Assembly: GCA_963971675.1 (NCBI GenBank)
Contig: CAXASQ010000014.1
Span: 2,166 to 66,165, forward strand
Direction: 5' to 3'
DNA: 64,000 nt
From: an uncultured Alphaproteobacteria bacterium
GTDB taxonomy: Bacteria > Pseudomonadota > Alphaproteobacteria > Sneathiellales > Sneathiellaceae
Under the pieces are notes generated by a model, which was not told the DNA's origin, searched no databases, and saw only the letters and a program-made list of their open reading frames with translations. The position numbers and the translations under genes are program-made. Shown here piece after piece: positions 51,381 to 61,233 of this stretch. The stretch's first letter is position 1, and every line of letters begins with the position of its first letter.

Positions 51381-52129
51381 CAGATAACCCCCGCTTCATT
51401 TTTCAGCTTGTCGACCAGTTCAGCGACAGATTCCACTTTCACACCGGCTTCGCGTTTGGCCGGCTCTTCTACCTTGAGCGTCTTAAGACGCGGCGCAATG
51501 TCGACACCGAGATCTGCCGGTGCTTTTTCATCAATCGGCTTTTTCTTTGCTTTCATGATGTTCGGCAGCGATGCATAGCGCGGCTCGTTCAGGCGCAGGT
51601 CAGTCGTGACAACGGCCGGCATTTTGAGGTCGATCGTCTGCAGGCCGCCATCAATCTCGCGGGTGACTTTCGCCGTCCCGTTTTCAAGGCTGACCTTGGA
51701 AGCGAATGTGCCCTGCGACCAGCCCAGCAGCGCCGCCAGCATCTGGCCCGTCTGGTTTGAGTCATCGTCAATGGCCTGCTTGCCGACAATGATAAGGTCC
51801 GGTTTTTCTTCTTCCGCAACCGCCTTCAGCAGCTTTGCAACGCCGAGCGGTTCTACCGTTTCGTCGGTTTTCACCAGAATGCCGCGATCAGCCCCCATGG
51901 CAAGCGCGGTCCGCAAGGTTTCCTGCGCGGCCTGCGGGCCGACAGAAACAGCAACCACTTCGGTTGCCACACCTGCCTCACGGAGACGAAGCCCCTCTTC
52001 GACGGCAATTTCATCGAAAGGGTTCATGGACATTTTAACGTTGGCGAGGTCTACACCTGTTTTGTCCGCTTTCACGCGGATCTTAACGTTGTAGTCCACG
52101 ACACGTTTAACAGCGACGAGAACTTTCAT
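51380..52129 (-). CDS. etfB: Electron transfer flavoprotein beta subunit
   Basis: Start trimmed to [41 protein letters not shown]. Confidence 0.9.
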   Translation of the reverse strand: MKVLVAVKRVVDYNVKIRVKADKTGVDLANVKMSMNPFDEIAVEEGLRLREAGVATEVVAVSVGPQAAQETLRTALAMGADRGILVKTDETVEPLGVAKLLKAVAEEEKPDLIIVGKQAIDDDSNQTGQMLAALLGWSQGTFASKVSLENGTAKVTREIDGGLQTIDLKMPAVVTTDLRLNEPRYASLPNIMKAKKKPIDEKAPADLGVDIAPRLKTLKVEEPAKREAGVKVESVAELVDKLKNEAGVI

Positions 52130-52332
52130 GGGTCGGTCTACTCCCGGAGTCATAGTTTTTTCAACATCCGACGGAAATCCGTTTTCCGGCGGCGTGAATT
52201 TGTGAACATAAAGATACTTAAATTCGGCAGTGCACAATAAATAGCTAATGACTATCTGTCAATTCGCCGAATTGGGACATTTTCACGCAGGCAAATCGGC
52301 GGATTTCCGGGCGCTAAAGGCCCTGAAACAGC

Positions 52333-52896
52333 TTATCTGTTGGCACCGGGTACCCACAAAACATCCTCCGCTCCCTTATTATTGAGAAAACGGCCCAATA
52401 CAAACAGAAAATCCGACAATCTGTTTATATAGGCGATTGCGGCAGTGTTTACATGTTCCGAATCGGCCAGCGCGATTATTCTCCGCTCGGCGCGCCGACA
52501 GACGGTCCGCGCCAGATGCAGATAGGATGACGCAGCGGAGCCGCCCGGCAGGATAAAGGAATTGAGCGGGGAAAGTTCCGAATTGAGCTGATCGATTTCC
52601 TGCTCCAGACGATCCACCTGTTGCTGAATAATGCGCAGCGGCGGATATTTCGGATTCTCCTTTTCCGGCGTGCAGAGATCGGCGCCAAGATCAAAAAGAT
52701 CATTCTGGATACGCGACAGCATTTTATCCGTCTCGCCTTTTACATGCAGCCGCACCAGGCCGATGATGGCATTTGTCTCATCCACATCGCCATACGCATC
52801 CACACGCAAATCGGCCTTGCTGACCCGCTCCCCATCACCGAGTGATGTCTGGCCCTTATCGCCGCCGCGGGTATATATTTTTGTCAGTTTTACCAT
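52333..52896 (-). CDS. PduO-type ATP:cob(I)alamin adenosyltransferase
   Basis: MVKLTKIYTRGGDKGQTSLGDG...; LNSFILPGGS; ARTVCRRAER. Confidence 0.85.
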   Translation of the reverse strand: MVKLTKIYTRGGDKGQTSLGDGERVSKADLRVDAYGDVDETNAIIGLVRLHVKGETDKMLSRIQNDLFDLGADLCTPEKENPKYPPLRIIQQQVDRLEQEIDQLNSELSPLNSFILPGGSAASSYLHLARTVCRRAERRIIALADSEHVNTAAIAYINRLSDFLFVLGRFLNNKGAEDVLWVPGANR

Positions 52897-52926
52897 TTAA
52901 TTTCCATATCCGGAGCCGTTTTTCTT

Positions 52927-53121
52927 TTAGTTTCCGGAGCTCGCCAACCAGATGCCGATCATGATCAGCACAACGGCAATGGCCTGCATCAGAATTCGAA
53001 GCTGCATCAGCTTGTTGCTATAGCGGCGATTAAAATCGCCACCACGCGCCATGGTCAGTACTCCGAAAAGGAGAACGGCCGCCGTACCGATGACAGCGGC
53101 AACAATGAAAAAATTGATCAT
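52927..53121 (-). CDS. Twin transmembrane helix small protein (HIG1 domain)
   Basis: 64 aa, two TM helices, ...RRYSNKLMQLRILMQAIAV. Confidence 0.7.
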   Translation of the reverse strand: MINFFIVAAVIGTAAVLLFGVLTMARGGDFNRRYSNKLMQLRILMQAIAVVLIMIGIWLASSGN

Positions 53122-53197
53122 ATCTTGATCCGATCTGTCTTATAAGGATAGAGCATCCAACGCTATACCCATACACCCTATATGGACAGGAAATTTC

Positions 53198-54376
53198 ATG
53201 GAAGCAACCCGGGATATTGTCATAATCGGTGGCGGCGTTGTCGGATCCTCCATCGCCTATTTCCTGAAAGCAGCGCCCGGCTTTAGCGGCAGTGTCACGG
53301 TTCTTGAGAAAGACCCTACCTATGAATTCGGCTCAACCGCCCGTTCATGGGGCGGTGTCCGTCAGCAGTTTTCAACGCCGGAAAATATTTTGATCTCGCG
53401 CTTTACCGAGGAATTCCTGCGGGAAATCACCCATTATCTTGGCATCGATGGAAGCCCGGTAAATGTCGATTTTCAGGAACGAGGCTATCTGTTCCTCGCC
53501 GAAGAGCCGCATATCCCGACACTTTACGCCAACAATGCCATCCAGCGAAGCCTGAGTGTCAATGTCGGCCTGCTGGATCAGGAGGACCTCAAGCGCGGGT
53601 TTCCCTGGCTCAATGTCGCCGATCTGGCGGGCGGGTCCTTCGGCCTCAGCGGGGAAGGCTGGCTCGACGCCTACAGCCTCAATCAGGCGTTTCGCAAGAA
53701 AGCAATCTCGCTGGGGGTTGAGTATCGCGCCATTGCGGCAGCCGGGCTTGATGTGACCGAAGGCAAGGTAACCGCAGTCCGGCTTGCGGACACATCACGG
53801 ATTGCCGCAGGAGCGGTCGTCAATGCCGCCGGTCCCGCGGCGGCAACAATTGCGGGCTGGATCGGCATTGAGCTTCCCGTACGCTCCCGCAAACGCTATG
53901 CCTATTCCTTCAGCTGCCGGGAGGAAATAACCGGCTGTCCCCTGATTGTGGATCCAAGCGGGGTTCATTTTCGCCCCGAAGGAAGACAGTTTATTGCCGG
54001 ATGCTCGCCCCATCCTGCCAATGATCCCGACTGCACCGACTTTGACGTAGATTATAGCTGGTTCGAAGAACATATCTGGCCCATTCTCGCGCATCGTGTT
54101 CCCGCATTCGAATCAATCCGGATGGAACGGGCCTGGGCCGGGCATTATGCCTATAACCTGCTGGATCAGAATGCGATCCTCGGGCCGCATCCGGAGATTA
54201 CAAATTTCTATTTCGCCAACGGATTTTCGGGACACGGGCTGCAACAATCCCCGGCGGTTGGGCGGGCCATTGCCGAGCTGATGACCGATGGCAAATACCG
54301 GAGCCTTGATCTTTCCCGCTTTTCCTATGAACGGATCGTGACAGGCCGCGCCATCTCAGAACATAATATTGTCTAA
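53198..54376 (+). CDS. FAD-dependent oxidoreductase (DAO family)
   Basis: DIVIIGGGVVGSSIAYFL dinucleotide-binding motif; C-terminal GFSGHGLQQSPAVG. Confidence 0.75.
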   Translation: MEATRDIVIIGGGVVGSSIAYFLKAAPGFSGSVTVLEKDPTYEFGSTARSWGGVRQQFSTPENILISRFTEEFLREITHYLGIDGSPVNVDFQERGYLFLAEEPHIPTLYANNAIQRSLSVNVGLLDQEDLKRGFPWLNVADLAGGSFGLSGEGWLDAYSLNQAFRKKAISLGVEYRAIAAAGLDVTEGKVTAVRLADTSRIAAGAVVNAAGPAAATIAGWIGIELPVRSRKRYAYSFSCREEITGCPLIVDPSGVHFRPEGRQFIAGCSPHPANDPDCTDFDVDYSWFEEHIWPILAHRVPAFESIRMERAWAGHYAYNLLDQNAILGPHPEITNFYFANGFSGHGLQQSPAVGRAIAELMTDGKYRSLDLSRFSYERIVTGRAISEHNIV

Positions 54377-54393
54377 CGAACATTGGAGTGGAA

Positions 54394-54597
54394 ATGCCGA
54401 TAATCAGAATTGATATGTTTGAAGGACGTGATACCGCGACCAAGCAGAAGCTGGTACGGGCCATGACCGACGCGATGGTGCAGATCACCGGTTGCAGCGA
54501 AGCCAGCGTCAATGTGCTGATCAACAATATCGCCAAGGAAGACTGGGGCCTTGGCGGTGAACTTGCCAGCCGTAAGTTTCCAGACAAGGGAAAATAG
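54394..54597 (+). CDS. 4-oxalocrotonate tautomerase-family protein
   Basis: Start trimmed so that Pro follows Met (MPIIRIDMFEGRDTATKQKLV), as required for the catalytic Pro-1. Confidence 0.75.
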   Translation: MPIIRIDMFEGRDTATKQKLVRAMTDAMVQITGCSEASVNVLINNIAKEDWGLGGELASRKFPDKGK

Positions 54598-54609
54598 CAG
54601 GAATCACAA

Positions 54610-55440
54610 GTGCAGGATATTTTTCTGATAAATTTTCTGGTGCGTATATGGCAGCATTTCAAGGAACAGAACTGCCTGCGCATGGCGACGGCGCTGAGTT
54701 ATCAGACCCTGCTTGCCATTGTTCCCATTGCGGCGGTGGCCTTTGCCCTATTTACGGCCGTACCGGCCTTCAATCACCTGAAAGAGAAGCTCACCAATCT
54801 CCTTTTCGATAATCTACTGCCGTCCAAATTCACGGCCATTGATGCGGCCATGCATGATTTCACCCTCAATGCCGGGCAGCTTACCTATTTCGGCCTGGCC
54901 GGTATCGCCATTACCGCCCTGATGCTGATGGCCAGCATTGAAGAAATTTTTGCGCAAATCTGGAAGGTCGCCGCAACGCGCAACCCCTTCAAACGGCTGA
55001 TGATCTATATCGTCATCACCCTTATGGGCCCAATTGCCCTCGGCAGCAGCCTCACTCTCGTCAACTGGATCATCAGCATCAGTGAAGAGGCGACCGGTTT
55101 TCAGCTTTCCGGCGCCCTCGGATTGCTCAGCACGACCATGCCGATGCTGCTTCCCTTCATCATTCTGTTCATACTCTATCGCATCGTGCCCGCCTGCGAC
55201 GTCAAATGGCGTCATGCCTTTATCGGCGCAGCAACCGCAACGGTTCTGTTCCTGCTTGGAAAATATCTGTTCAAGCTCTATCTGGAATTTTTCCCGTCTT
55301 ATGAGGTGGTCTATGGCGCCATGGCGGCTTTCCCGCTCTTCCTCATATGGCTTTATGTCAGCTGGGCGATCGTGCTGTTCGGCGCATCTATTGCCGCCGT
55401 GCTCGGTTTTGAATATACGGGGGAGATGGAAAAACGCTGA
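54610..55440 (+). CDS. YihY/BrkB-family membrane protein
   Basis: MATALSYQTLLAIVPIAAV and YGAMAAFPLFLIWLYVSWAIVLFGA motifs; GTG start per the track. Confidence 0.8.
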   Translation: MQDIFLINFLVRIWQHFKEQNCLRMATALSYQTLLAIVPIAAVAFALFTAVPAFNHLKEKLTNLLFDNLLPSKFTAIDAAMHDFTLNAGQLTYFGLAGIAITALMLMASIEEIFAQIWKVAATRNPFKRLMIYIVITLMGPIALGSSLTLVNWIISISEEATGFQLSGALGLLSTTMPMLLPFIILFILYRIVPACDVKWRHAFIGAATATVLFLLGKYLFKLYLEFFPSYEVVYGAMAAFPLFLIWLYVSWAIVLFGASIAAVLGFEYTGEMEKR

Positions 55441-55443
55441 TGC

Positions 55444-55869
55444 CTATTCGGGCAGGATCACGGCTCCATCGCCGGTAATCTCGAACCCCGGATTCCAGGC
55501 AACTTCCCACAGATGTCCGTCGAGATCGCGGAAATATCCGCTATATCCGCCCCAGAATACCTCTTCCGCCGGTTTAACGATCTCTGCGCCCAGGGATTGA
55601 ACCTGATCGAGTATCTGATCGACCTCTTCCTTGCTGCGCGTATTATAGGCGATGGAGAACCCTTCGAAGCCCGCGCCGTCATCGGCTATCCCGGCATCCT
55701 TTGCAAGCTCTTCGCGCGGGAAAAGCCCGAAAGCAATGGACCCGCACTGGAAAAAGGAAACGCCGGAAGCGTCCCGCACAGAACGCTTCCAGCCGAGAGA
55801 TTCGAAAAAGGCCGTACTTCTCGCCAGATCCCGGACGCCGAGTGTGATCAGTGACAGCCTTTGTTGCAT
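55444..55869 (-). CDS. VOC (glyoxalase/bleomycin-resistance) family protein
   Basis: Start trimmed to MQQRLSLITLGVRDL. C-terminal WGGYSGYFRDLDGHLWEVAWNP. Confidence 0.75.
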   Translation of the reverse strand: MQQRLSLITLGVRDLARSTAFFESLGWKRSVRDASGVSFFQCGSIAFGLFPREELAKDAGIADDGAGFEGFSIAYNTRSKEEVDQILDQVQSLGAEIVKPAEEVFWGGYSGYFRDLDGHLWEVAWNPGFEITGDGAVILPE

Positions 55870-55882
55870 ATGAAACTCCGTA

Positions 55883-57577
55883 TCAGTTTGCCCCTTCCAG
55901 CAGGCGGCGGGCAATGACCTGTGCCTGAATTTCTCCGGCACCTTCGAAGATATTGAGAATACGCGCATCGCACAGCACGCGGCTGATCGGATACTCAAGC
56001 GCGAAACCGTTCCCGCCATGGATCTGCAAGGCGTTATCCGCCGTGCTCCAGGCAACGCGAGCACCGAGAAGCTTGGCCATACCAGCTTCCAGATCGCAGC
56101 GCCGACCTTCGTCCTTCGCCCGGGCGGACGCATAGGTGAGCTGCCGCGCCATCATGATTTCCACCGCCATCCAGGCAAGCTTACCGGCGACACGGGGGAA
56201 TTCAATGATTGGCCGGGAGAACTGGACACGGTCCAACGCATACCGCAGGCCAAGCTCCATCGCGTTCTGGGCCACGCCCAGCGCACGTGCCGCCGTCTGA
56301 ATACGGGCGCTTTCAAAGGTTTGCATCAACTGCTTGAAACCGTTCCCCTCTTCTTCGCCCAGCAGGTTTTCCGCCTTGATTTCGAAATTGTCGAAGCCAA
56401 GCTCATATTCCTTCATACCGCGATAGCCAAGCACTTCAATCTCGCCGCCGGTCATGCCTTCCGCCGGGAAATCCTCGGTCTCGGTCATATGCGGCTTTTC
56501 GGCAAGGAACATGGACAGCCCCTTGTATCCCGGCTCGCTCGGATTGGTGCGCACCAGCATGGTCATGACATCGGCGCGGGCGGCATGGGTGATCCATGTC
56601 TTGTTACCGGTCACCTTGTAAACATCGCCGTCCTTCACAGCCCGGGTCCGCAGGGACGCCAGATCTGATCCTGTGTTCGGCTCGGTAAAGACAGCCGTCG
56701 GGAGGATTTCACCGGTCGCAATCGGGCGCAGCCATTTTTCCTTCTGCGCGTCCGTGCCGCCGGTCAGGATCAGCTCCGCCGCGATTTCGGAGCGCGTGCC
56801 GAGAGAGCCAACGCCGATGTATCCGCGCGACAATTCTTCCGACACAACGCACATGGACATCTTGCCAAGGCCGAGACCATCATATTTTTCCGGCACCGTC
56901 AGACCGAAAACACCCAGCTCCGACATTTTCCGGACCACCGGCATGGGGATCAACTCATCCTTCAGATGCCAGTCATGGGCATAGGGCATGACTTCTTCGT
57001 TGGCGAAACGGCGGAACTGGTCGCGAATCATGGCGAAGGTTTCATCAAGACCCGGATTGCCATAGTGATCGGTATCCATTCCCTCAGCGATCAGAACTGC
57101 GATCCGGTCCTTTACGCTCGCGGAGTATCCCGCATCAATCAGGTTCTGCACTTCCGGCGTTTTGAATTTGGCAATGGCTGCGTCGTCAAGCCCAAGATCA
57201 GCGGGGCGAATGATCTCCCCAAGGGACATGGGAATACCGCCCGCGATCTGGGCCAGATACTCGCTGAACCCGGCTTGCAGGATCAGCTGCTCCAGCTCGC
57301 CGTAATGACCCTCACTCGCCAGATGCCGGGACCAGTTGAGAGTTTCCCGCATGGCTTCCACATAGGTGGCGAGCCAGGCAAGGCCGTGCGTGGCATACTG
57401 GTTCGCCTCCACCAGTTTGGCGCTGATCCGGCCCTTGTCATCACGGGTTATGTCAGCAACCGCCATGATCGCCTGCTGTTTGAAGGATTCGGCAGCATTC
57501 AGCGCCTTTTCACAAAGATCGTCCAGCCCGTCCAGAATCAAGGCTCCGGACGCCGCAACCATTTCAGATGTTGTCAT
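55883..57577 (-). CDS. mcd: Large acyl-CoA dehydrogenase, probable (2S)-methylsuccinyl-CoA dehydrogenase
   Basis: 564 aa: an ACAD core preceded by a ~170-aa N-terminal extension. It lies 29 nt downstream of ccr on the same strand. The functional call rests on size, architecture and context, not on diagnostic residues. Confidence 0.65.
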   Translation of the reverse strand: MTTSEMVAASGALILDGLDDLCEKALNAAESFKQQAIMAVADITRDDKGRISAKLVEANQYATHGLAWLATYVEAMRETLNWSRHLASEGHYGELEQLILQAGFSEYLAQIAGGIPMSLGEIIRPADLGLDDAAIAKFKTPEVQNLIDAGYSASVKDRIAVLIAEGMDTDHYGNPGLDETFAMIRDQFRRFANEEVMPYAHDWHLKDELIPMPVVRKMSELGVFGLTVPEKYDGLGLGKMSMCVVSEELSRGYIGVGSLGTRSEIAAELILTGGTDAQKEKWLRPIATGEILPTAVFTEPNTGSDLASLRTRAVKDGDVYKVTGNKTWITHAARADVMTMLVRTNPSEPGYKGLSMFLAEKPHMTETEDFPAEGMTGGEIEVLGYRGMKEYELGFDNFEIKAENLLGEEEGNGFKQLMQTFESARIQTAARALGVAQNAMELGLRYALDRVQFSRPIIEFPRVAGKLAWMAVEIMMARQLTYASARAKDEGRRCDLEAGMAKLLGARVAWSTADNALQIHGGNGFALEYPISRVLCDARILNIFEGAGEIQAQVIARRLLEGAN

Positions 57578-57606
57578 TCTTGTTCTTCCTTTTGGGGTAT
57601 GGCTGA

Positions 57607-58914
57607 TTACTCGTTGCCTGCCTCAATCGCATCCTCAATCGTCCGCATCCCCGGATATTTGGCAGAAACCAGCACGGCCATATTGCCCGGCTTATGTTCA
57701 TTGTTCATCATTTTTGTATGAGCGCGCGGAATATCATCCCAGGAGAAGACTTCCGACATGCACGGATCAATACGCCGTTCCACAACCAGATTATTCGCCT
57801 GTGACGCCTGTTTCAGGTTGGCGAAATGGCTTCCCTGAATACGCTTCTGCCGCATCCAGACAAAACGCGCGTCCATTGTCAAGTTAAAGCCGGTAGTTCC
57901 GGCGCAGAAAACGACCATGCCGCCGCGCTTCACGATGTTACAAGACACGGGGAAGGTCGCCTCTCCGGGATGTTCGAACACGAAATCGACGTCATTGCCC
58001 TTGCCGGTAATCTCCCAGATCGCCTTGCCGAATTCGCGGGTCTTTTTCATGTAGTCGCCAAAACCTTCGCCATTCACCGTCGGCAGTTGGCCCCAACAAT
58101 CAAAATCCTTGCGATTAAGCACGCCCTTGGCGCCGAGAGACATCACAAAGTCCCGCTTGCTTTCATCGGAGATCACGCCGATGGCGTTGGCGCCGGCCGC
58201 CGCGCAAATCTGGATGGCCATCGAACCAAGTCCGCCTGACGCGCCCCAGATGAGAACATTATGACCGGGCCGCAGGATGTGCGGGCGATGCCCGAACAGC
58301 ATGCGATAGGCGGTCGCAAGGGTCAGGGTGTAGCAGGCGCTTTCTTCCCACGTCAGATGTTTGGGGCGCGGCATCAGCTGGCGGTCCTGCACACGGGCGA
58401 ACTGGGCGAAGGATCCGTCAGGTGTCTCATAGCCCCAGATCCGCTGGGACGGGGAGAACATCGGATCGCCGCCGTTACATTCCTCATCATCGCCATCGTC
58501 CTGGTTGCAATGCACGACAACCTCGTCACCGATCTTGAAGCGCTTGACCTTGTTGCCAACGGCATAGACAACCCCGGACGCATCGGATCCGGCAATGTGG
58601 TATGGCTGCTTGTGATAGTCAAAAGGGGAAATAGGCTCGCCAAGCGCCGCCCAAACGCCATTATAGTTGACGCCGGCCGCCATGACCAGAATCAGAACAT
58701 CGTGACTGTCGAGCTCGGGCGTATCTACAATCTCGACCTGCATTGCCTTTTCCGGGACGCCATGGCGTTCCTTGCGGATTGCCCAGGCATACATTTTGGA
58801 GGGCACATGACCGAGAGGCGGAATTTCTCCTACCTCATACAGGTCCTTGATTTCGCCAGCCGGTAGGGTGGTGCCTGTTTCCGACAGGGCTGCAGCGTGC
58901 GTATTTAACATCAA
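57607..58914 (-). CDS. ccr: Crotonyl-CoA carboxylase/reductase
   Basis: 435 aa; KDLYEVGEIPPLGHVPSKMYAWAIRKERHG...VNYNGVWAALGEPISPFDYH...IWGYETPDGSFAQF closely follows the characterised Ccr N-terminal pattern. Confidence 0.85.
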   Translation of the reverse strand: MMLNTHAAALSETGTTLPAGEIKDLYEVGEIPPLGHVPSKMYAWAIRKERHGVPEKAMQVEIVDTPELDSHDVLILVMAAGVNYNGVWAALGEPISPFDYHKQPYHIAGSDASGVVYAVGNKVKRFKIGDEVVVHCNQDDGDDEECNGGDPMFSPSQRIWGYETPDGSFAQFARVQDRQLMPRPKHLTWEESACYTLTLATAYRMLFGHRPHILRPGHNVLIWGASGGLGSMAIQICAAAGANAIGVISDESKRDFVMSLGAKGVLNRKDFDCWGQLPTVNGEGFGDYMKKTREFGKAIWEITGKGNDVDFVFEHPGEATFPVSCNIVKRGGMVVFCAGTTGFNLTMDARFVWMRQKRIQGSHFANLKQASQANNLVVERRIDPCMSEVFSWDDIPRAHTKMMNNEHKPGNMAVLVSAKYPGMRTIEDAIEAGNE

Positions 58915-59128
58915 AACATCCTTCGCATTTTGTGGGGTTTCTATATTATAGGGCGTAGATATTTAGAATTTACAAATTCCCGATTCTCGCCATGATATAT
59001 CGCATTGCATCAAAAATTGGAACTGAGACCTTTACTTTGGCCCACTTTGTGAGAAGATTACTGACCTTTGAGCAGATAACAAGTATTTTTTGCATTGCAA
59101 CACGACGATATGTTATTACGCATGGCAA

Positions 59129-59141
59129 TTACGCCGCGTAA
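59129..59141. promoter_or_regulatory. Perfect 13-bp palindrome TTACGC-C-GCGTAA in the ccr/ecm divergent intergenic region
   Basis: Read directly. A further TTACGC half-site lies at 59116-59121, and the 8-mer GCATTGCA occurs twice (59002-59009, 59092-59099). Confidence 0.3.
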
Positions 59142-59179
59142 CAACTGGTCAGTTTTGAGCTGAAAAACGAAAGAAAATT

Positions 59180-61192
59180 ATGAAGAAAGACGACAAGGAA
59201 GCCCGAAATTCCGCCGCTTCAAAGAAAGACCGGCCTTGGCTTTTCCGCACCTATTCGGGCCATTCTTCGGCCAGCGCATCGAATGAGCTGTATAAGACAA
59301 ACCTTGCGCGGGGTCAGACGGGACTGTCTGTCGCTTTCGATCTGCCAACACAAACCGGCTATGATTCGGATCATATACTCGCCCGCGGCGAAGTCGGAAA
59401 AGTGGGTGTTCCCATCTGTCATCTGGGGGACATGCGTACTCTTTTCGAGGGAATACCGCTCGAAAAGATGAATACTTCCATGACGATAAACGCCACATCG
59501 GCATGGCTGCTCGCACTTTACATTGCTGTCGCAGAGGAACAGAACGCCGATATTTCTGCCCTGCAGGGGACGGTCCAGAACGATATCATCAAGGAATATC
59601 TCTCGCGCGGGACCTATATTTTCCCGCCGCGACCGAGCATGCGACTGATCACCGATGTTGTCAGCTATACCTATCGTGAAATGCCGAAATGGAATCCGAC
59701 CAACGTCTGCTCCTATCACCTTCAGGAAGCGGGCGCGACGCCGGTGCAGGAACTTTCCTTCGCACTTGCAACCGCCATCGCGGTCCTGGATGCCGTAAAG
59801 GAAGGCGGACAGATTTCCCCCGAAGATTTCCCCGAAGCCACGGGACGGATCAGTTTTTTTGTGAATGCGGGCATCCGATTCATCACTGAAATGTGTAAAA
59901 TGCGTGCCTTTGTCGATCTGTGGGACGAAATCCTGCTGGAACGCTATGGCGTTACTGATGAGAAATTCCGCCGCTTCCGCTATGGTGTGCAGGTCAACTC
60001 CCTCGGCCTGACCGAGCAGCAGCCGGAAAACAATGTCTATCGTATCCTGCTGGAAATGCTGGCCGTGGTCCTGTCCAAAAAAGCGCGCGCACGGGCCGTC
60101 CAGCTTCCTGCCTGGAACGAAGCTCTCGGTCTACCGCGCCCGTGGGATCAGCAATGGTCCCTGCGCCTGCAACAGATCGTCGCCTATGAGACCGACCTGC
60201 TGGAATTCGGCGATATTTTCGAAGGCTCCATTGAGATTGACCGCAAGGTGGAAGAGTTGAAGGCCGCCGCGCGCGAGGAACTCCACCTGATCGAGGAAAT
60301 GGGCGGCGCCATCGCCGCCGTTGACACAGGCTACTTGAAAGAATCCCTCGTCAACTCCAACACGGCGCGGGTGCAATCCGTTATTGCCGGTGAATTGCCT
60401 GTTATCGGCGTCAATCGCTTTACAGAGTCCGCCCCCTCCCCGCTGACGCAGGAGGCTGACGGTGGTATCATGACCGTTGATGAGGCGGCAGAGGCCGAAC
60501 AGATTGCAGGGCTGAAAGCCTGGCGCGCCAGCCGCGATGACGCGGCCGTCCGCCGCGCCCTGGACGCCCTGTCCAAGGCAGCCCGCGATGGCAGCAATAT
60601 CATGCCTCCCTCCATCGCTGCGGCAAAGGCCGGTGTCACCACCGGTGAATGGTCCGAAGCCCTCCGTCAGGTATATGGGGAATATCGTGCGCCCACCGGG
60701 GTCGGTATTGCCGTCTCCAACGCCGAAAATGATATTCTGGAGCCCGCCCGCGAAAAAGTTGCTATCGCCGCCGGAGAGCTGGGCCGTCCGCTGAAGGTGC
60801 TGGTTGGCAAGCCCGGCCTTGATGGCCATTCCAACGGGGCGGAGCAGATCGCCGTCGCCGCGCGCGATAGCGGCATGCAGGTTGTATATGAAGGCATCCG
60901 CCTGACCCCGGAGCAGATTGTCACCGCCGCCAAGGCGGGTACCGTTGATCTTGTCGGGCTATCGATTTTGTCCGGATCGCACATTCCGCTGGCCACCGAA
61001 GTCTGTGAACGCCTGAAAGACGCGGGGCTGTCGCACATCCCCGTCGTTGTCGGCGGCATTATTCCCCAGGAAGATGCCGTCCGGCTCAAAAATGCCGGGG
61101 TCAGCGCGGTCTACACACCGAAGGACTTCAACATGTCCGGGATCATTATAGATATGGTGGATATTATCATGAAATATGAGGATGTTGCCTGA
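59180..61192 (+). CDS. ecm: Ethylmalonyl-CoA mutase (MeaA-type fused B12-dependent acyl-CoA mutase)
   Basis: 670 aa single chain; RPWLFRTYSGHSSASASNELYKTNLARGQTGLSVAFDLPTQTGYDSDH. C-terminal B12-binding domain (GLDGHSNGAEQIAV). Divergent from ccr. Confidence 0.8.
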   Translation: MKKDDKEARNSAASKKDRPWLFRTYSGHSSASASNELYKTNLARGQTGLSVAFDLPTQTGYDSDHILARGEVGKVGVPICHLGDMRTLFEGIPLEKMNTSMTINATSAWLLALYIAVAEEQNADISALQGTVQNDIIKEYLSRGTYIFPPRPSMRLITDVVSYTYREMPKWNPTNVCSYHLQEAGATPVQELSFALATAIAVLDAVKEGGQISPEDFPEATGRISFFVNAGIRFITEMCKMRAFVDLWDEILLERYGVTDEKFRRFRYGVQVNSLGLTEQQPENNVYRILLEMLAVVLSKKARARAVQLPAWNEALGLPRPWDQQWSLRLQQIVAYETDLLEFGDIFEGSIEIDRKVEELKAAAREELHLIEEMGGAIAAVDTGYLKESLVNSNTARVQSVIAGELPVIGVNRFTESAPSPLTQEADGGIMTVDEAAEAEQIAGLKAWRASRDDAAVRRALDALSKAARDGSNIMPPSIAAAKAGVTTGEWSEALRQVYGEYRAPTGVGIAVSNAENDILEPAREKVAIAAGELGRPLKVLVGKPGLDGHSNGAEQIAVAARDSGMQVVYEGIRLTPEQIVTAAKAGTVDLVGLSILSGSHIPLATEVCERLKDAGLSHIPVVVGGIIPQEDAVRLKNAGVSAVYTPKDFNMSGIIIDMVDIIMKYEDVA

Positions 61193-61233
61193 CGTCCTCA
61201 TCCCGTTAAAGATTCGCATCTCCGCGTCGAATA

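Noticed and set aside
55444-55869. VOC-family protein next to mcd as the missing ethylmalonyl-CoA/methylmalonyl-CoA epimerase
   Set aside because: The epimerases are VOC-fold, so the position is tempting. However, the sequence (WGGYSGYFRDLDGHLWEVAWNP type) looks like the generic glyoxalase/bleomycin-resistance group rather than the epimerase pattern I recall. I cannot support the call without an alignment.
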